Assembly: GCA_001949185.1 (NCBI GenBank)
Contig: BDGG01000006.1
Span: 1,036,827-1,100,826, forward strand
Direction: 5' to 3'
Origin: Ramazzottius varieornatus
Taxonomy: Eukaryota > Animalia > Tardigrada
DNA length: 64,000 nucleotides
Position numbers and translations under genes: made by a program. Below are positions 28,970-42,550 of the stretch, piece after piece (within the stretch, counting starts at the first letter, position 1; each line of letters begins with the position of its first letter). The notes beneath the pieces were generated by a model that was not told the origin of the DNA, ran no database searches, and saw only the letters and a program-made list of their open reading frames with translations.

Positions 28970-29431
28970 TCTTCCTGGAGGAGAAAATGGGTCAACCGGT
29001 TGTCCTGCGCACGATCTTCCGTCCGGATGAACGGCAGCCTATTCTTGACAACCCGTCCGCTTGGCTCCTCTGACCACCTAAAATCAATCAAAAAACGACA
29101 GCAGCTTCACAATATCGCTGAGGGAAGCCGAAGGAAGCTGCAAACGTGGAAAAACTTCTGGGAAGAACGACGGACATGAAAATTCTCGTCACTGTACAAG
29201 TGCGGGACTATTTTTGATTAAAGCCAGACAACTGCACGTCATATAGCGCAGTAGAATGTGACGCATCGACAGCTTGACACAGTCTGGTGTTTTCATTATA
29301 CAGATTGCGAGCGAAAGCGCACAAGCACAACCCGATACGCACAGGAACATCGAGACATTTAGTGCTGGCAACGATACGGTATACCGATATCGTATCGAAA
29401 CACATCAAATCTTTGCGATAAAATATGCGGT

Positions 29432-32400
29432 CAGTGCCGTCAAGTGGTACTATCAACTAAGGTTGTAAGTTCCTAATTCCATTCCTTTCCGAATTCCGTT
29501 CCATTCCTGGAATTCCTTTCACTTCCATGCCGCGAGGATTTGGAACGATGGAATTCCAAATTTGGAATACTAGATTGAGCTGGATAAAAATACGTAGAAT
29601 TCCTAGTTTTCTATAGGAATTCCGTATTTGACTGTAACGAAACCGAAATTAATGACTCCACCGGTGTACATAGCCTGGATACAACCCTCGATGGGTTCCA
29701 GCAGACGTACCGAACGCAACCGAAGGGTGCCCGCATGACACAGCTGTTACCCCAGGGGATACTGTGTGGCGTTCTCGCGCTGGAAAATTTCTTTTCCATG
29801 GAAAGTTTTCTTCCAGCCTTCTAAGTTCCTTCCACAGCAATATTATAGTGCTATGGATTCTTCGGACAACGAGTTGCCACTCCCAGAACTCCGACTGCAG
29901 AGGAGAACGATGGCCAGTAGGCTGGATGTTTGGGACATTTCGAGCGTGGCGAGGGGATATACAAGAAAACGAATCATCGCGTCGCGACGTGCAAGTTCTG
30001 CGTAAAGGCCAGCGCCAAAGTCGTGGAGCTACGTGGAGAACGGTCGTACCTTGTCAAGTACGTGCTAGGATGTGTTCATGTACCGCAGCCTGTCAAAAAA
30101 CCTTATGGAGCTCACTGAGCAACGTACGTTTAGGATTGAGAAGTTGAAGGCGAGGCTGAAACGCCCGACCACGCAAGGAAGCCTTTTGGGCTTGGTCTGC
30201 CGTCCTCTCACGACTCCTCTCAAGTCTCAGTTCGAAAGACTGCTTGCCAATGCCTCCCTCGACTGTGATATGTCATTCAGGTAAAAGCTTACGCGATGTG
30301 GTTCTTAGATTACGCTCGATGTCTATGTAAAACGAGACTGATTTTTGTTGGTTTCCGTATTAGAGATCTGTTGAAGATGAATCGTTCGTGGAACTCATTA
30401 AATTTCCGATCAAGTGTCAAGCTTCCGAACCCTATTACTTTCTCCCAACGGATAGTCAAGAACAGAATGTCGGAAGCTGTTTCCGAAATCGACACAGTAT
30501 TCAGTAGGCACCCAACCGCGACGTTAACCTTTGATAGCTTCAAGAACGTATCCAAGAATAAGCTGCTCGGTCAGACGCTAAAACTTATGTAGAACTTCTA
30601 CGGAAGTTCTTATCACGTTTTTATTTTGTAGATATTTCGTTTTCCGCTGCAGGTTTTGTCGCCGTCATCCGTACCAAAAATAGCACCGAGAGCCACATCT
30701 TTGGCAAAATCGAGAATACTACAAGCGTTAGTTATACGGGCGACTTTGTCATTGAGCAAGTTGAAAGTGCTCTGGCGATCATGAGGACCAAGCACAACAG
30801 AACAATCCAAGCGGGGACATGTGGTTCAAACGGGGCTCATCGCAATGCCAGAACCGACCTGACCAACTCACACTCTATGGTGAGACCAACTCACGCTCGA
30901 AGACCAATTCACACTCGATGGTAATCGTACTACTTCAGTTTCTCAACGTACAGAAGTCATCCATGGCACTACAGGTAATTCGCGGCTGACCATTCTATAT
31001 GGCGATGTAGTTGTCTCTTATGGGTAATACCCTACTGTATGGGTTTCTGATTTCAGAGTTACGCAGTCAAGTTCGGAGACAACGAGGACTACCTTACCGG
31101 AGACACAAAGGCTGCCATTGGAAGTAGTAAGTTCTGGGATTTCCTGAAAGACGTGCTGGCCCTTCTGCGTCCACTGGTCGATGCCCAGGCAAAAGCAGAA
31201 AGTGACGACTGTACACTCGCTGAGATCGGTGTATATCTGGCCGACATCTACAGTTCCTTCCTCGAGCACTCTGTGGCAAGCGAACACTCCATTCTACTTG
31301 AGAAGCTGGAACGACGCTGGAAATGGTTTTACGAACCCGAAATGATGGTGGCAGCAATGTTTTTGCATCCTCACGTCAAGCTCATCAAATTTCGGGTATG
31401 TGATTCCAGGTCTTTTCAATACCATCAGTCTGTGAACAGACAACTTTACATTTTCAATCTGAAATTTTGATTGTACTGCAGTTCTACCAAATTATCGCGC
31501 ACTGAACCACATGATAAGTCATCGCTACCCAGTTTGATCAGATGTTATCACTGCGGCCACGAGGACTCTCACCCGGGCATCATTTACTGTTCACGTGGTT
31601 GAGTGCGAGATAATCTGGTAGCACTACGGCATTCTCCAGGCTGATCCGTCAAAGCTTCACAACGGTGAGATTGGGACGTGGTGTACAGACTTGTACAAGA
31701 GGTACACAAGCCTGGCCTAAATGTGGGGATGGAAAAAAATGTGGAGAACGGAGCGAAAGCGGCACGGGCCAGCTGAGGTTGGCGAATCAATTAAATCAAT
31801 CGGAGCACAGCCGCTTTCGCTCCGTTCCCCACATTTTTGTCCATCCCCACATTGAGGCCAGGCGCGTATACTTCAAAAGAGACCCCACGTCGCTCCTGCC
31901 ATCCCTTCTCCAGTACGCAAACAACACAAACATGTTCGGAGAACGCTTCACTTCCCAGTTTAAGAAGCCTCTCGACTTTTGGTCTTACGTCCGAACCGAA
32001 CATACTGAGCTTTCAGACTTGCTCCTTAAAGTATCCCCGCACGCTGCTGGAGTGGAAAGACTGTGGAGTCGCATGAAGGGTGTGCATACAGATGCACGCA
32101 ATCTGCTGAAGGTCGACCTGGTAACAGGAATATGTGTCGTTAAAATGCAGTTCCAGGAAGAACGGAAGTAGAAAGCCATTCAAGGTAGAAGCGAGCTTAC
32201 TTGAAGAGTGTAACACTCATGTTTATTTCATCCAGAAACCGAGTTTAACCTAAGTAACGAAAATTTCAATACAAGAAAACTGAGCATGACTGTTACGATC
32301 TACAAGTCATCTGTAATCATCGCTTTTACCTTGTTTGCAAAGCAAACGAGAAAGCCAAGCTCAAGGACGATGTGCTTGACGCCTTTCAGACCGCAGGACC

Positions 32401-33349
32401 TGTCGCAGAACCCACGCCTTCAGTGGATTCACATGTACTAGTCCTCGCCGTCGAGTTCGATGAGTTCATGGCCGAGCTACTGGAGAAAGACGCGGAATTT
32501 GACACAGATGATGCCGAAGAGGTAGCAGTGGTAGAGGTTTCGCTTGGTTTCCGTACTCTGAAACACTTGTTTGGTTATACGGTTGCAGTTCAGTTTTTAT
32601 TGTGAGAACCGATCATTTGCGTTGCTTGACCAGGCCTGTCAAATTCAACGTCGTGGAAGCCGGTAGAGACTTTTCTTTGAAAACTATCAGCTTCAGATCT
32701 GTGATTGATGATCTCGTAGTGTATTCTGTTATTCGTATGGTTCCGTATCTATATGTGATGAAAACTAGCGTTCTCGGAATTCTTAATTTGGCCGCTGAAT
32801 TTTGGATAAGTAATATAAGAATATACGAATATGAGGAATTCCTTCCCTGTTTTCCATTCCAAGGACCTTTGACTAGGAATTTACAACCTTACTATCAACA
32901 GGGTTATCAATTCCGCATTAATCGATAAGCTAACATCTTCGATTGATTAGTACAGAATTGATTGATCAAATTCGAGATGACGACTCATGACGCATCAAAA
33001 ACTTGGAAAAATTCATCAAAAAATTACGAAAATCAGAAAAAATCGGGAAATAGGCGTAGTGTGCTCTGTACACCATGGCCAAAATCATGTTTGTGGTACC
33101 CGAGGGACTCCGAATCGCAAACTCATCAGAGGAAGCTTGAGCTCCAGACAGCACGATCCTTTACTCAGGATGATTTCCCGATTTTTTCTGATTTTCCTAA
33201 TTGTTTTGACGAATTTTTCCGTTTTTGATGCGTCATGGGTCGTCACTTCGGATTTGATCAATCAATTCTGTACTAATCAATCGAAGATGTTGGCATATCG
33301 ATTAATGCGGAATTGATAATCCTGTTGATGGTACCACTTGACGGCACTG
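29432..33349. mobile_element. Palindromic MITE (~480 bp, long inverted arms) split by the hAT insertion
   Basis: Left tip cagtgccgtcaagtggtactatcaac (29432-29457) continues at 32900. Right end gttgatggtaccacttgacggcactg (33349). 32900-33050 is the reverse complement of ~33175-33325. Confidence 0.85.
29458..32891 (+). mobile_element. hAT DNA transposon with a decayed, intron-containing transposase (~29910-32600)
   Basis: TIRs taaggttgtaa / ttacaacctta. Perfect 8-bp TSD ctatcaac (29450-29457 and 32892-32899). BED-like VWDIFERG...ATCKFC, LTFDSFKNV, LEKLERRW...AAMFLHP and dimerisation motif LDFW...PHAAGVERLWSRMKGVHT. Frameshifts and stops present. Confidence 0.9.
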
Positions 33350-33778
33350 CATGATCAAAAGGGTATAATAATGAACGTGCCTGTACGTACAACAGATGAC
33401 TAATGGTAGAGACCACTTTCAATGCCAAGAAATCTCTCTTTGATCTTCCGCCATAAGCTCAGGCTTGCCACAGTTTGCCCCCATTTAAGGGCTTTAGAAT
33501 GCCTGACCAGCTTTCTACGATGACTCAAGTGGTCTATGATTCATTCTAAAGCTCCGCTGGAAGGCCAGCCTTTTGGGCGGAGCTCTCGCAATATTTTGCC
33601 CGGCTCGGCTCGGCTCCGCAAAACCTGGCGGTTGATTCGTCTGCTCGATTGACTGTTGTTTGACAGCGAACTTTTGTTTTGGTTTTTTTGCGCCAATTCA
33701 AGCGATTTCCTCCTGCTGAAACTTTTCCTGAAAGCCAGATTGAGACAGATTTGCTCCATTCAGACGTTGCTTTATGAG

Positions 33779-34690
33779 ATGGATGCAAATATTGGAATTA
33801 TTGACACTGTTCTCGCGAATGAGTCCGTGGCTGTGGAGGATGCAGCAGCAGAACGGTCACCAGCCAAGGGGAAGACGACAGGAAAAGGAATTACTTACGG
33901 TGAACTCGCTCTCCCCCAAGCTACCGTCGTAAAGATCGTCAAGGACTTCGTAAGTTACTTCGTTCAAATCTATGTGGAAGGTGGTGGGAATGTGTTTTCA
34001 TAATCAAATCCGATTTACAGTTACCCAGTCAGGCCGTACTGTCGAAGGAAGCGAAGGACATCTTTCGGAAAATATCTGCGTATTTTATTCTCTACGTGAC
34101 AGACTGGTGTGCAAAACGTCGCAGTCTTTACCCTGTTTCTTATGGCAACTTTCTGTCTGTAAAAAACGATTTTCTGATGTTTCAGTGCTTCGGACATCGC
34201 GTTGAGGAAGAAACGGAGAACAATCCTACCAGAAAATATCCTCGCAGCTTTGCAAGAGTTGGGTTTTGAGGATATGACGGTCAGGCTAAACCAGATTCTC
34301 TCGGGTGAGCTATGCCTGATTTTCAAAGTATCTTTAAATGTATATCTCATCGATGTTCGGATCTTCCACGGTATTTTAATTGTAGCGCGCAAGAGACAGC
34401 AGACGAAAGAAAAGTCGTCCCCGATACTCAAGGCACCAGCACCTCAGAACGATACCGAAGACGCAGCACTCGCAGCTGTCACCGACGATTTTGACGATCT
34501 AGACATACACTCTGAAGAAGAAGCTGCAGACGACATCGATCAGGCTTTCCCTGCTATCGAAGATTCAGTAGAGGTTGGTCAGGATGAATTCGTTGACCAA
34601 GATAACACAGAATCTTTTGAAGAAATGCATGACGAGCAGCGACGAGAAGTCGACATTACCGCGTTTACAGCCTCGGACGATGAGGAATGA
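33779..34690 (+). CDS. POLE3: Histone-fold protein of the NF-YB/Dr1/POLE3 family, best fit POLE3/CHRAC17; exons 33779-33949, 34021-34106, 34186-34304, 34386-34690
   Basis: ELALPQATVVKIVKDF|LPSQAVLSKEAKDIFRKISAYFILYVTDC|ASDIALRKKRRTILPENILAALQELGF plus an acidic tail. Intron phases compatible. Dr1/NC2-beta not excluded. Confidence 0.65.
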
Positions 34691-35475
34691 AAGATCTTTT
34701 CTTGTCTTCTTGATAGTTCAACCCGACGACGCGTCTGTGCCGCTGTCGGATGCATTGTTGGAGTCTTGGCTCTTGGTTCAGTTGAACAGAACTTTTATTT
34801 CAACATGCGCATGTCGTCACGAGGGACGTTACCTCAGTGTGGGCGAAAGTGCCACCTGTCGAGTGGTTCAAGCCTCACCCATGAAGCACTTTGACAAGGC
34901 CAAATTTGGCGAGCCTTGTCGTGTACAGTTTAGTCACTTGATCGATCAACTCCGGGTTGCGTATGGTTGGTACGGCTGGTCATGAAGCGCTGGATGATTT
35001 GTGGCCCACTCGGTAGTGTGACGTGTGTCGGCTGATGTCAGAGTCAGACTTAGACCAGCTGGGCTGCTTTGTGTGCGGTGTTGTGCTTTCCTTATTCCAG
35101 TTCACTTGCCTTTATGCTGCCTTTATGCCATCTTGTACGTGCGACTTCTTCGAAGACTTTCAAAGTTCTTTTGCGCAACAACAACAACATCGTTAAAGAT
35201 TCCGAAAGTGATAGTTGCCTCAGGACTTGTTGCAGTCGTCAAAGGCAGGTACAGGAACGTGTGGATTCAAAGAAAACCTTGTCGAGGTCAGCTGTTTGCT
35301 CGTTATCAAGTCTTCTCAAAGTCACCAAGATGCCCTTCATGCTGCAAAGCTGTGGACACGCTATGCGATTTGCTGCACCGGTATGATATTTCAGCTACCT
35401 TGCAACTTTTGAATGTCTATCCTTATCACGACGATGGCTTTCTAGGACGGAATTTGTCGCCGTTGCTCCTCGGAC

Positions 35476-38377
35476 ATGGAAGGAATTAGCAGTAACGGTA
35501 AGTGTATCGAATTTTACTTTGATTTGTTTGGTGAACATGGTGCAATGCAAGGGTGTCAGCATGGGTTTCAAACTAAAGTGATCAGGGCTCGAACTGGACA
35601 CGGCTTGTGGATATGCAACGTGGTGGTGCGATTAGTTTCCCTGTTTGCTGATCTGGATACACCTGCGTACAGGGAGAGTAGGCGTTGCGTCGGATTAGGA
35701 AAACTTGTCTGAGTTTTTGTCGATAGGGATCGATTTATTGACTTTCATTTCAGTCAGCTGTCTTCTTTGTGGCTGTGTTTTATGTTTACTCTTTTTCCTG
35801 TAGAGAGTTCCGGCAGCGAGATGCGAGTCAACGCGGAGAACGAAGTGCCGGATCAGATTGAAAAGCACGAAGACGAACTTATGAACGGTGCTCCCACCAG
35901 TAGCAACAAGAAGTCCTTCGGGGATCGAGTCAGCAAACTGTTGGGCCCCGTGGTATATTCCGAAGGCCCGGAGATAACGGTACATTTTTTTTGCATGAGA
36001 GAAGTAGTCATACCATGAAGGTGATGGTTATCACCTGGTTGTCTGACTGCGTTACAGGAAAGCTTCGTTCATGTGGCTCGCAGCATGTCAACATTCACCG
36101 CGGCTGAGCGCGCCGATTTTATCTTCCATCTCGTGATTATGTACTGCGAAGCACGTCGCGAAGACCAGCCCAAGATTCAAGGACTACTGAGTGAACTGGC
36201 CAAGAAAAATGTCTTGGCCAAAACGCACATTCTGCAAAGGTAAAACTTGCATTGAATCCACTCAGAAAACCTACTCAGCCTGTTTTCCCAAAGTGGCGCC
36301 GATCTCAGTCAATAACAGTGACAACATGCGCCACTTCGAAACCCGGCAAGATCGTCTTTTCAAGTGGCGCACAATTTCCGGCAGTAAAAATGGACACGTG
36401 CGCCATTTGAGATATCGATCTAGTGAATTCATTTTCCAACGTCCCGTATTTCGATTCTGCACAGTTTCATTCAGTTTCATCTTCGCAGCGCGAAACGTCT
36501 GGCGGCGGAAGTCGATGGGTTGTTGATCGACTGGCCCAACGTTTATTCGTGTACCATCGAGCTCCTTGGAGCTTTGTTGGTCCGAAGCGACGAGAAAGAC
36601 ACCGTAGAGAACCTGACAGCGTTCCGAAGAGCCTTCAAGGAGAACCGTGGTTTTCTCCAATGTCTCTACTCGACCTACCCCAACTTGGGCCTCGAGACTT
36701 CCCAGTCCACCCCAAAGAAACGCGGCTCGATGGGAGCGAGAACGTCCTTCAGCGAGCGACGAGCCTCGATGGGCAACCAGACCCTTCCCTTCTTCCGGTC
36801 GCCCGTCGAAGTGAAGGATAGGTTTGTCCAGCCTGTCGGACTGCGTCCTGCATCGACTGGCAAGCCTCCTGCCCATGTCTACACGAGGGAGGAGATGCTA
36901 AAGTTGGGGGAAGCCGTAAAAAAGATACCTGTTCGAGCTGAGGTGTTAGAAGCCGTCAGAGCTTTCAAGAACGATAGCTGGGTGGGCGATCGTGATAACC
37001 AACAGCTCAAGCGTTCACGCTTTGTCTCGGAGTCGACGGCTCATAACGAGGGATTCAACCCGACGAAGAGGATGTTAGAAAGTACGAGCCCGACATTCGG
37101 AGCAGAGAATGGCGGCAGCTCGCGAACCTTACAACCTCATCCCGAAAAGGTAAGGCTCTCAGTTCACTGCACAGTCAACAACGTCCGGCTTGCACCTGCA
37201 TACAAGCCACCCCTAGTTTCACGGCAGGTGCTCGCATGCAGGTGCACCAACCTCTCCTTGTTTCACGGGTCGCATACACCTGCATGGTTCTCCGCTGTAC
37301 TTCTGTGCTGGTAACGTGTATGCAGGTGCCTGTAAGTCGACCAGGCTTTGTTGTTGACGTTGCATTTTCCTTCGGACGTTTCTGGAAACCGTTTCATGGA
37401 TCGGTAAGAAATCTCGCTTAATTTTTTTGCAGGGTCACAACAACCGAAATCAGTTTTTCGGAGGAACGCGTCAGCGTTACGTCTCGGAGAGTCATCACCA
37501 ACAACCACCCAGCCACGCTCCTTCGACCAGCAAGTCTCCCACTCCAGCTGCTGGTGCCGCGCCACGTAACGTTCCTGAAGTCTCTCCTCGAGGGAAGCCA
37601 GTTAGTCCACCGTCGCACAGAGGGGCTCCGGGCAGCAAGCCTCGTTATAACAGCGTCAGCACGTCTTCGCCAGTCAAGATGGAGCCAGCCGGCCAAGCCA
37701 AGAATCAGCCCAACGACCCACCCCAGGCAACACCTGCACCGCATGTCACGCCACATGGACCAGCTAGTCGTCCCCAACACTCCAACGGTCGTCCTGCGAA
37801 TGCTAAACCGAACAAGTTCTTGACTGCTCTTCACGTAAGTGATCTACGCGCTCGGCGGGTAATCTCGGCAGGATCGTTTTTCCAGGTGCCGCATGCCTCC
37901 AGCCAATAATACCGAACTCGTGCGCCACTTGAAGAAACTGATCGTTTCTCCAAGTGCCGCACGCTTTCAGTGAATTGAAGCGTGCGCCACTTGGGAAAAC
38001 GTTCTTGTCGTGTTTGTTTGCCGAGCTCCCGTCTCTCTGAGATAGAGTGGTGACTTTAGTGGACGGTGTGTGAAGGTAAGAATAATCTTTTGCAGGTGGA
38101 AAGAGCAATGGAAACGGAGAGCGGACAGCCAAGTCCGACGTTGAGTCCAGGTGTGAAGGGTTCTTGGACCCAAGGAAGTGGCATGCCACACAAGGGTGGC
38201 GAAGGTCTGCCGCACTTCCCGCCACCGCCATCTGCTCGTCCCTTCGGGAATCAAGGAGCCAACCGTCATACGGGACCGGTCCATCATGGTCAGTTCCGTA
38301 CTGGCTATTCAGGGGCGCCGCGGCAGGCACAGCCTGGATCGTCGGAGGAGAACTGGCGCCGCCCTGTTCAGCCATGA
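35476..38377 (+). CDS. Rearranged eIF4G paralogue, ~574 aa: MA3, eIF4E-binding motif, post-MIF4G linker, no MIF4G; exons 35476-35497, 35804-35979, 36058-36239, 36489-37149, 37433-37834, 38096-38377
   Basis: Six exons join in phase (1725 nt, GT-AG, no stops). MA3-like ERADFIFHLVIMYCEARREDQPKIQGLLSELAKK...VDGLLIDWPNVY, then YTREEML, KPNKFL and SWTQGSG...PPPPSARPFGN. Each segment aligns to the local eIF4G. Confidence 0.8.
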
Positions 38378-39279
38378 GCAGGCACAGCCCTGATCATGGT
38401 CATAACTCAGGATGCTGTCAAAACTGTTTCGCGCAAGCTTCTGTCTTTTTTTTGTACATAGATCGGACCCATTTCTAACTTGTTGTTCACTTGCCGCGCT
38501 CTTTAGAACGTTGATAAGTTTCTCATCATGTCTTCGGCACAAAAACACATCATGGCTCGCTTCGGTTGAGGAGTTGAATTTATCCCAGTTGAAAGCTTTT
38601 ACCTTAGGTTCTGTGTCTATCTTTTATTATTCTTGCTAATCCTCGCAGAATTCCAGGCTGAGCTACATTCGAGCTTCTTTCGTGGTTGTTAATCTTCTTA
38701 CTAAGCATTGAGTTTTTCTTCTGCTTGTGTACAGTATTTTCATGAATTTCACCTCCCTTGTGGAGAAGTTCTTCCTCCTAAACATACAACCGAATAAAGA
38801 GAGTACATCACGTCTTCTCTTTACAACTACTGAGCTAGGCAGCTTAAATTCGCCTCTCGAATACCTCGACTTTTGGGATGGAGGAGTGAGACCGGAAGAC
38901 AGTTTTCAAAAGTCGGATATAAAAGTTAAGTAATTGTCAGATCTTGTAGGCGCCACCTACAGGCAGGCTGCAGCTTTTTACACGTAGTCCCAGCCACGTC
39001 ACGGAAGTGGCATGTTCCGCCGTTGGGTGTTTGCCGGATGAACACGGCACGGTGTCACAAGAAAAATTCCGAAAAATTCCTTTTTGTTTCTTACTTTCTT
39101 CCAAAAATCATTTTCGCTCGGGACGTTCATCGGGATTTGCGGACGCTCTGCTGTTTAACGTTGGCTATAGTTGTACCGGATATCACCTACGGATTGTGCG
39201 GGCTGTCGCTGAAAGGAAAGCTACGTGGCTTGGGAGGTGTCTGCTCGAACAGCGATTTGTGCTCCATTTACATTTGAAA

Positions 39280-42105
39280 ATGGTACGAAATGATCGTTTA
39301 CGGTTGTGCCTAAATTCTAAGTCGCCCGAAGATTTGGACGGCTCCAATGACCATGTATCTTAATTTGCAGGTGCTCCTGGCCGCTGCAGTATGCAACAAA
39401 CAGGGCAAAGGTACGTCTGAGAAAGGGAATCTTACTCGAACTAATGGTGGCGCAGTATTGGTCGGAATTTGCCTGGAACTGTGCGCGAGTTGACCAGGGT
39501 TATTATTCAGTGGATTTATCTTTGTAGCCTTGATATCCCGGCAGTTTGTGGAGATGACACGATCCCGCATCGAAGGGCTCCTCGCCTCATTCTCTAAGCT
39601 AATGACTACTGGAAAGCAGCATACGTTCGTGGAGACGGAGACGGTGCGCTTCGTGTACCAGCCCATCGATAAGATCTACATGGTGCTGATCACCACGCGG
39701 AACAGCAACATCCTTGAAGATCTGGAGACTTTGCGACTCTTCGCGCGCGTGGTAATTATCCTTCCTGTTCTTTTCTAGTGTTCAAGCTCTTTGACAGATT
39801 TGTGTGGAATTTTCAGGTGCCGGAATACTGCAAATTGTTGGATGAAACCGACGTCTTAAAAAATGCTTTCTCGTTGATCTTCGCTTTTGACGAGATTGTG
39901 GCGCTTGGATATCGTGAAAGTGTCAGTCTAGCGCAAATTCGAACCTTTACGGAGATGGATTCACAAGATGAGCGTATCCAGATCGCTCTGCGACAGGTAA
40001 GTTCTAGTGCTATCGAATTTGTCAGCAAGTATAGTACGACCTGATAGAAACTAATGCTTATTCATGGACGATGTCACGTGTCAGTAGCCTGGTTTCTGTT
40101 TGAGTCTACTTCCGGTTCGCTATTATCAGTGCACGATGTCGTTTGGTTTTGCAGACGCAAGAACGCGAAGCAAAGGAAGCTTCGAAGCGAAAAGCTAAGG
40201 AACTGACGCAAATGCGTAAGGACATCGCCAAGCTCGGGCGAGGTATGCCGAGTGGAATGGGCGGCATGGGCTCTTCCGCCAGCTCGTTCAATACACCCAT
40301 TGTGGAGAGTGTTCGAAACGAGGAAAAACCCACATCATCCTATCAAGCACCGTAAGCCAAATATTGATTCCCCTAAAAGGGTGATGTGTGGTTTCTCACA
40401 AAAAGTATTCCGGTTGTAGGAAAGCGTCAACAGGTAAAGCTATGAAACTTGGAGTGAAGACGAAAGATGTGGATCATTTTGTGGACCAGTTGAAGTCTGA
40501 AGGGGAAAGTAAGTTTAGAAAGTTTAGAGAAGTCTGTTTGCGTTTTTCTCTACGGTGTTCCGCTTTACAGAGGTGATGTCCTCGGCTGCTGCTTCGACCG
40601 CTCGAACGCCAGCTACGGTGGCCGAAGCGGCCAGCCAAGCTGCAGGACGAGAAAGGTGCGAGTTGGTTCTTTCAACTTTCCTATTCCTCCGAAATTTCGT
40701 TTCAGAAATTGGTAGTTAATTCTTTAGCGTTCACGTTGAGTCGAAAGAAGAGATTACAATGTTGATGAAGCGTGATGGTGGCTTGGTCGGAGATTTGGAA
40801 ATTACCGGCACGCTAGCCTTCCGTACGACTGACGAGAACCTGACCAAGTTGCAGCTTACTTTGGGTTCCGGTGAAAAACAGTGCAACATTCAGGTACGAA
40901 CGTATGAGGATTTTCGTTTGGACTTGGGAGGTTGGCAAATCAACGTACGGGATCGTCGTTTTATGTGGCGCACGTTTCCAGTCAGCAACTGTGAAAGCCT
41001 GCGCCCCTTATGATGACCGTTTCATGTGGCGCACTTTACCGAGCAACAACAATGAAGAGGCGCGCCTCTTGAGATAACGATCTCGAGTGGCGCACGCTTC
41101 TGGCCGAAAACAATGAGAACCTGCGCCACTTGGAATAACGATCTTGTACGGTTCATTTGCCGGTCTCCCAGTCTTAGTTACGGAAATGGCCCATGCAGAT
41201 GTTAGGTTGTGTTTCTTGCAGCTCTTCCCGAAGTTTGACAAGGCCAAATGGCTGAACGAAGGCGTCGCCACGCTGAAGGATCCCAATGAGGCCTTCCCAC
41301 TGAACATCGCCATTCCGCTTCTCCGATGGCGTATGTCTTCTTCCGACGAATCTGACATACCTCTAGCCATCAACTGCTGGCCTTCTGAAGCCGGTAAAGG
41401 ATGCACCGTCAATGTCGAGTACGTCCTGAACGACACTGCGCTGGAGTTGAACGATGTCGTCATTTCCATTCCGATACCGTAGGTTAATTTTATTCCTTCT
41501 ATGTGCTCACCTGGCTGAATATGTTCTTTTGGTATAGACAAGGGACTGGAACTCCGATTGTGGGTGATCTGGACAACGGACAGTACTCCTTCGAACGCGG
41601 GTCGTTAATGTGGAAGATTCCCGTCATTGATGACACAGCTGCAGTTGGAACCATGGAGTTCACTACACCGGGTGGAAACCCTAACTCGTTCTTCCCCATC
41701 AGAGTGAACTTTACGTGTGGAGTCAGCTTGGTCGGCGTTGAAGTATGTTCACACTTTGTACAAAAGACGATATTCGGAATGTAAATTACCAAGGCAAATG
41801 GAGGCTGGACAAACAAACTGGGCCAGACTGATTTTCCTAAGTGGCGCACGTTTATAGTGTTATTTGATGCAAGCGTGCGTCACTTGGAAAAGGGGTCTTG
41901 TCAAGTTGACAAGTGACGCAGTTTCCCAGTATTAGTGGCTGAAGCCATGCGTCACTAGGAAAAACGGTCGCGTCGAGTTTGCCTTCTCGGGTCCAAAATG
42001 ATCTGATTTTTGTAGGTTGAGGAAATTCATACGATTAAAGACGAAGAAGCAGTCAAGTTTTCCACGGAACACACTTTAGCCATCAAGAAGTACGAGATCA
42101 TTTAG
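39280..42105 (+). CDS. ARCN1: Coatomer subunit delta (delta-COP), ~11 exons
   Basis: M|[13 protein letters not shown]|[69 protein letters not shown], mu-homology [11 protein letters not shown] and FFPIRVNF, ending KYEII*. Confidence 0.95.
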
Positions 42106-42550
42106 CCATTTATTCCGAATACTTTTTTTACTCTCAAACGTTGGTCTTCTGCGAGAATAATAACCCGTAGCTATCTTTTTTATCTGTTTGTGCAAACTGG
42201 GATTTTCTTGCTATGATTTGACCCCATAACTTCTCGGAAGAAGTCTGGTAGACGATCGAGGTGAGGTCGCGTCGCTCCTTTGCCGCGTTAACTTATCTCA
42301 TGCTTGCAGGCGTTATCGTTCTGGTATAAAACGTGATCCATTTCTCGCGTTATCTTCGTTGTAAACAAAAGTCACGAACCAGGATGCTGAAAAGTATCAA
42401 GGCCAGTCTTGATTTGAGCGAGCTTATCTTCCACAGAAGCTACAACTAGTCACTTACCGTTCCCCAAATTCACATTTTCTCCCGTAAGCGTATTTATTCG
42501 TCCAAAACCTATCGTATCCAGAAAAGTGATTCTCGCTTACAACTTCCGCC

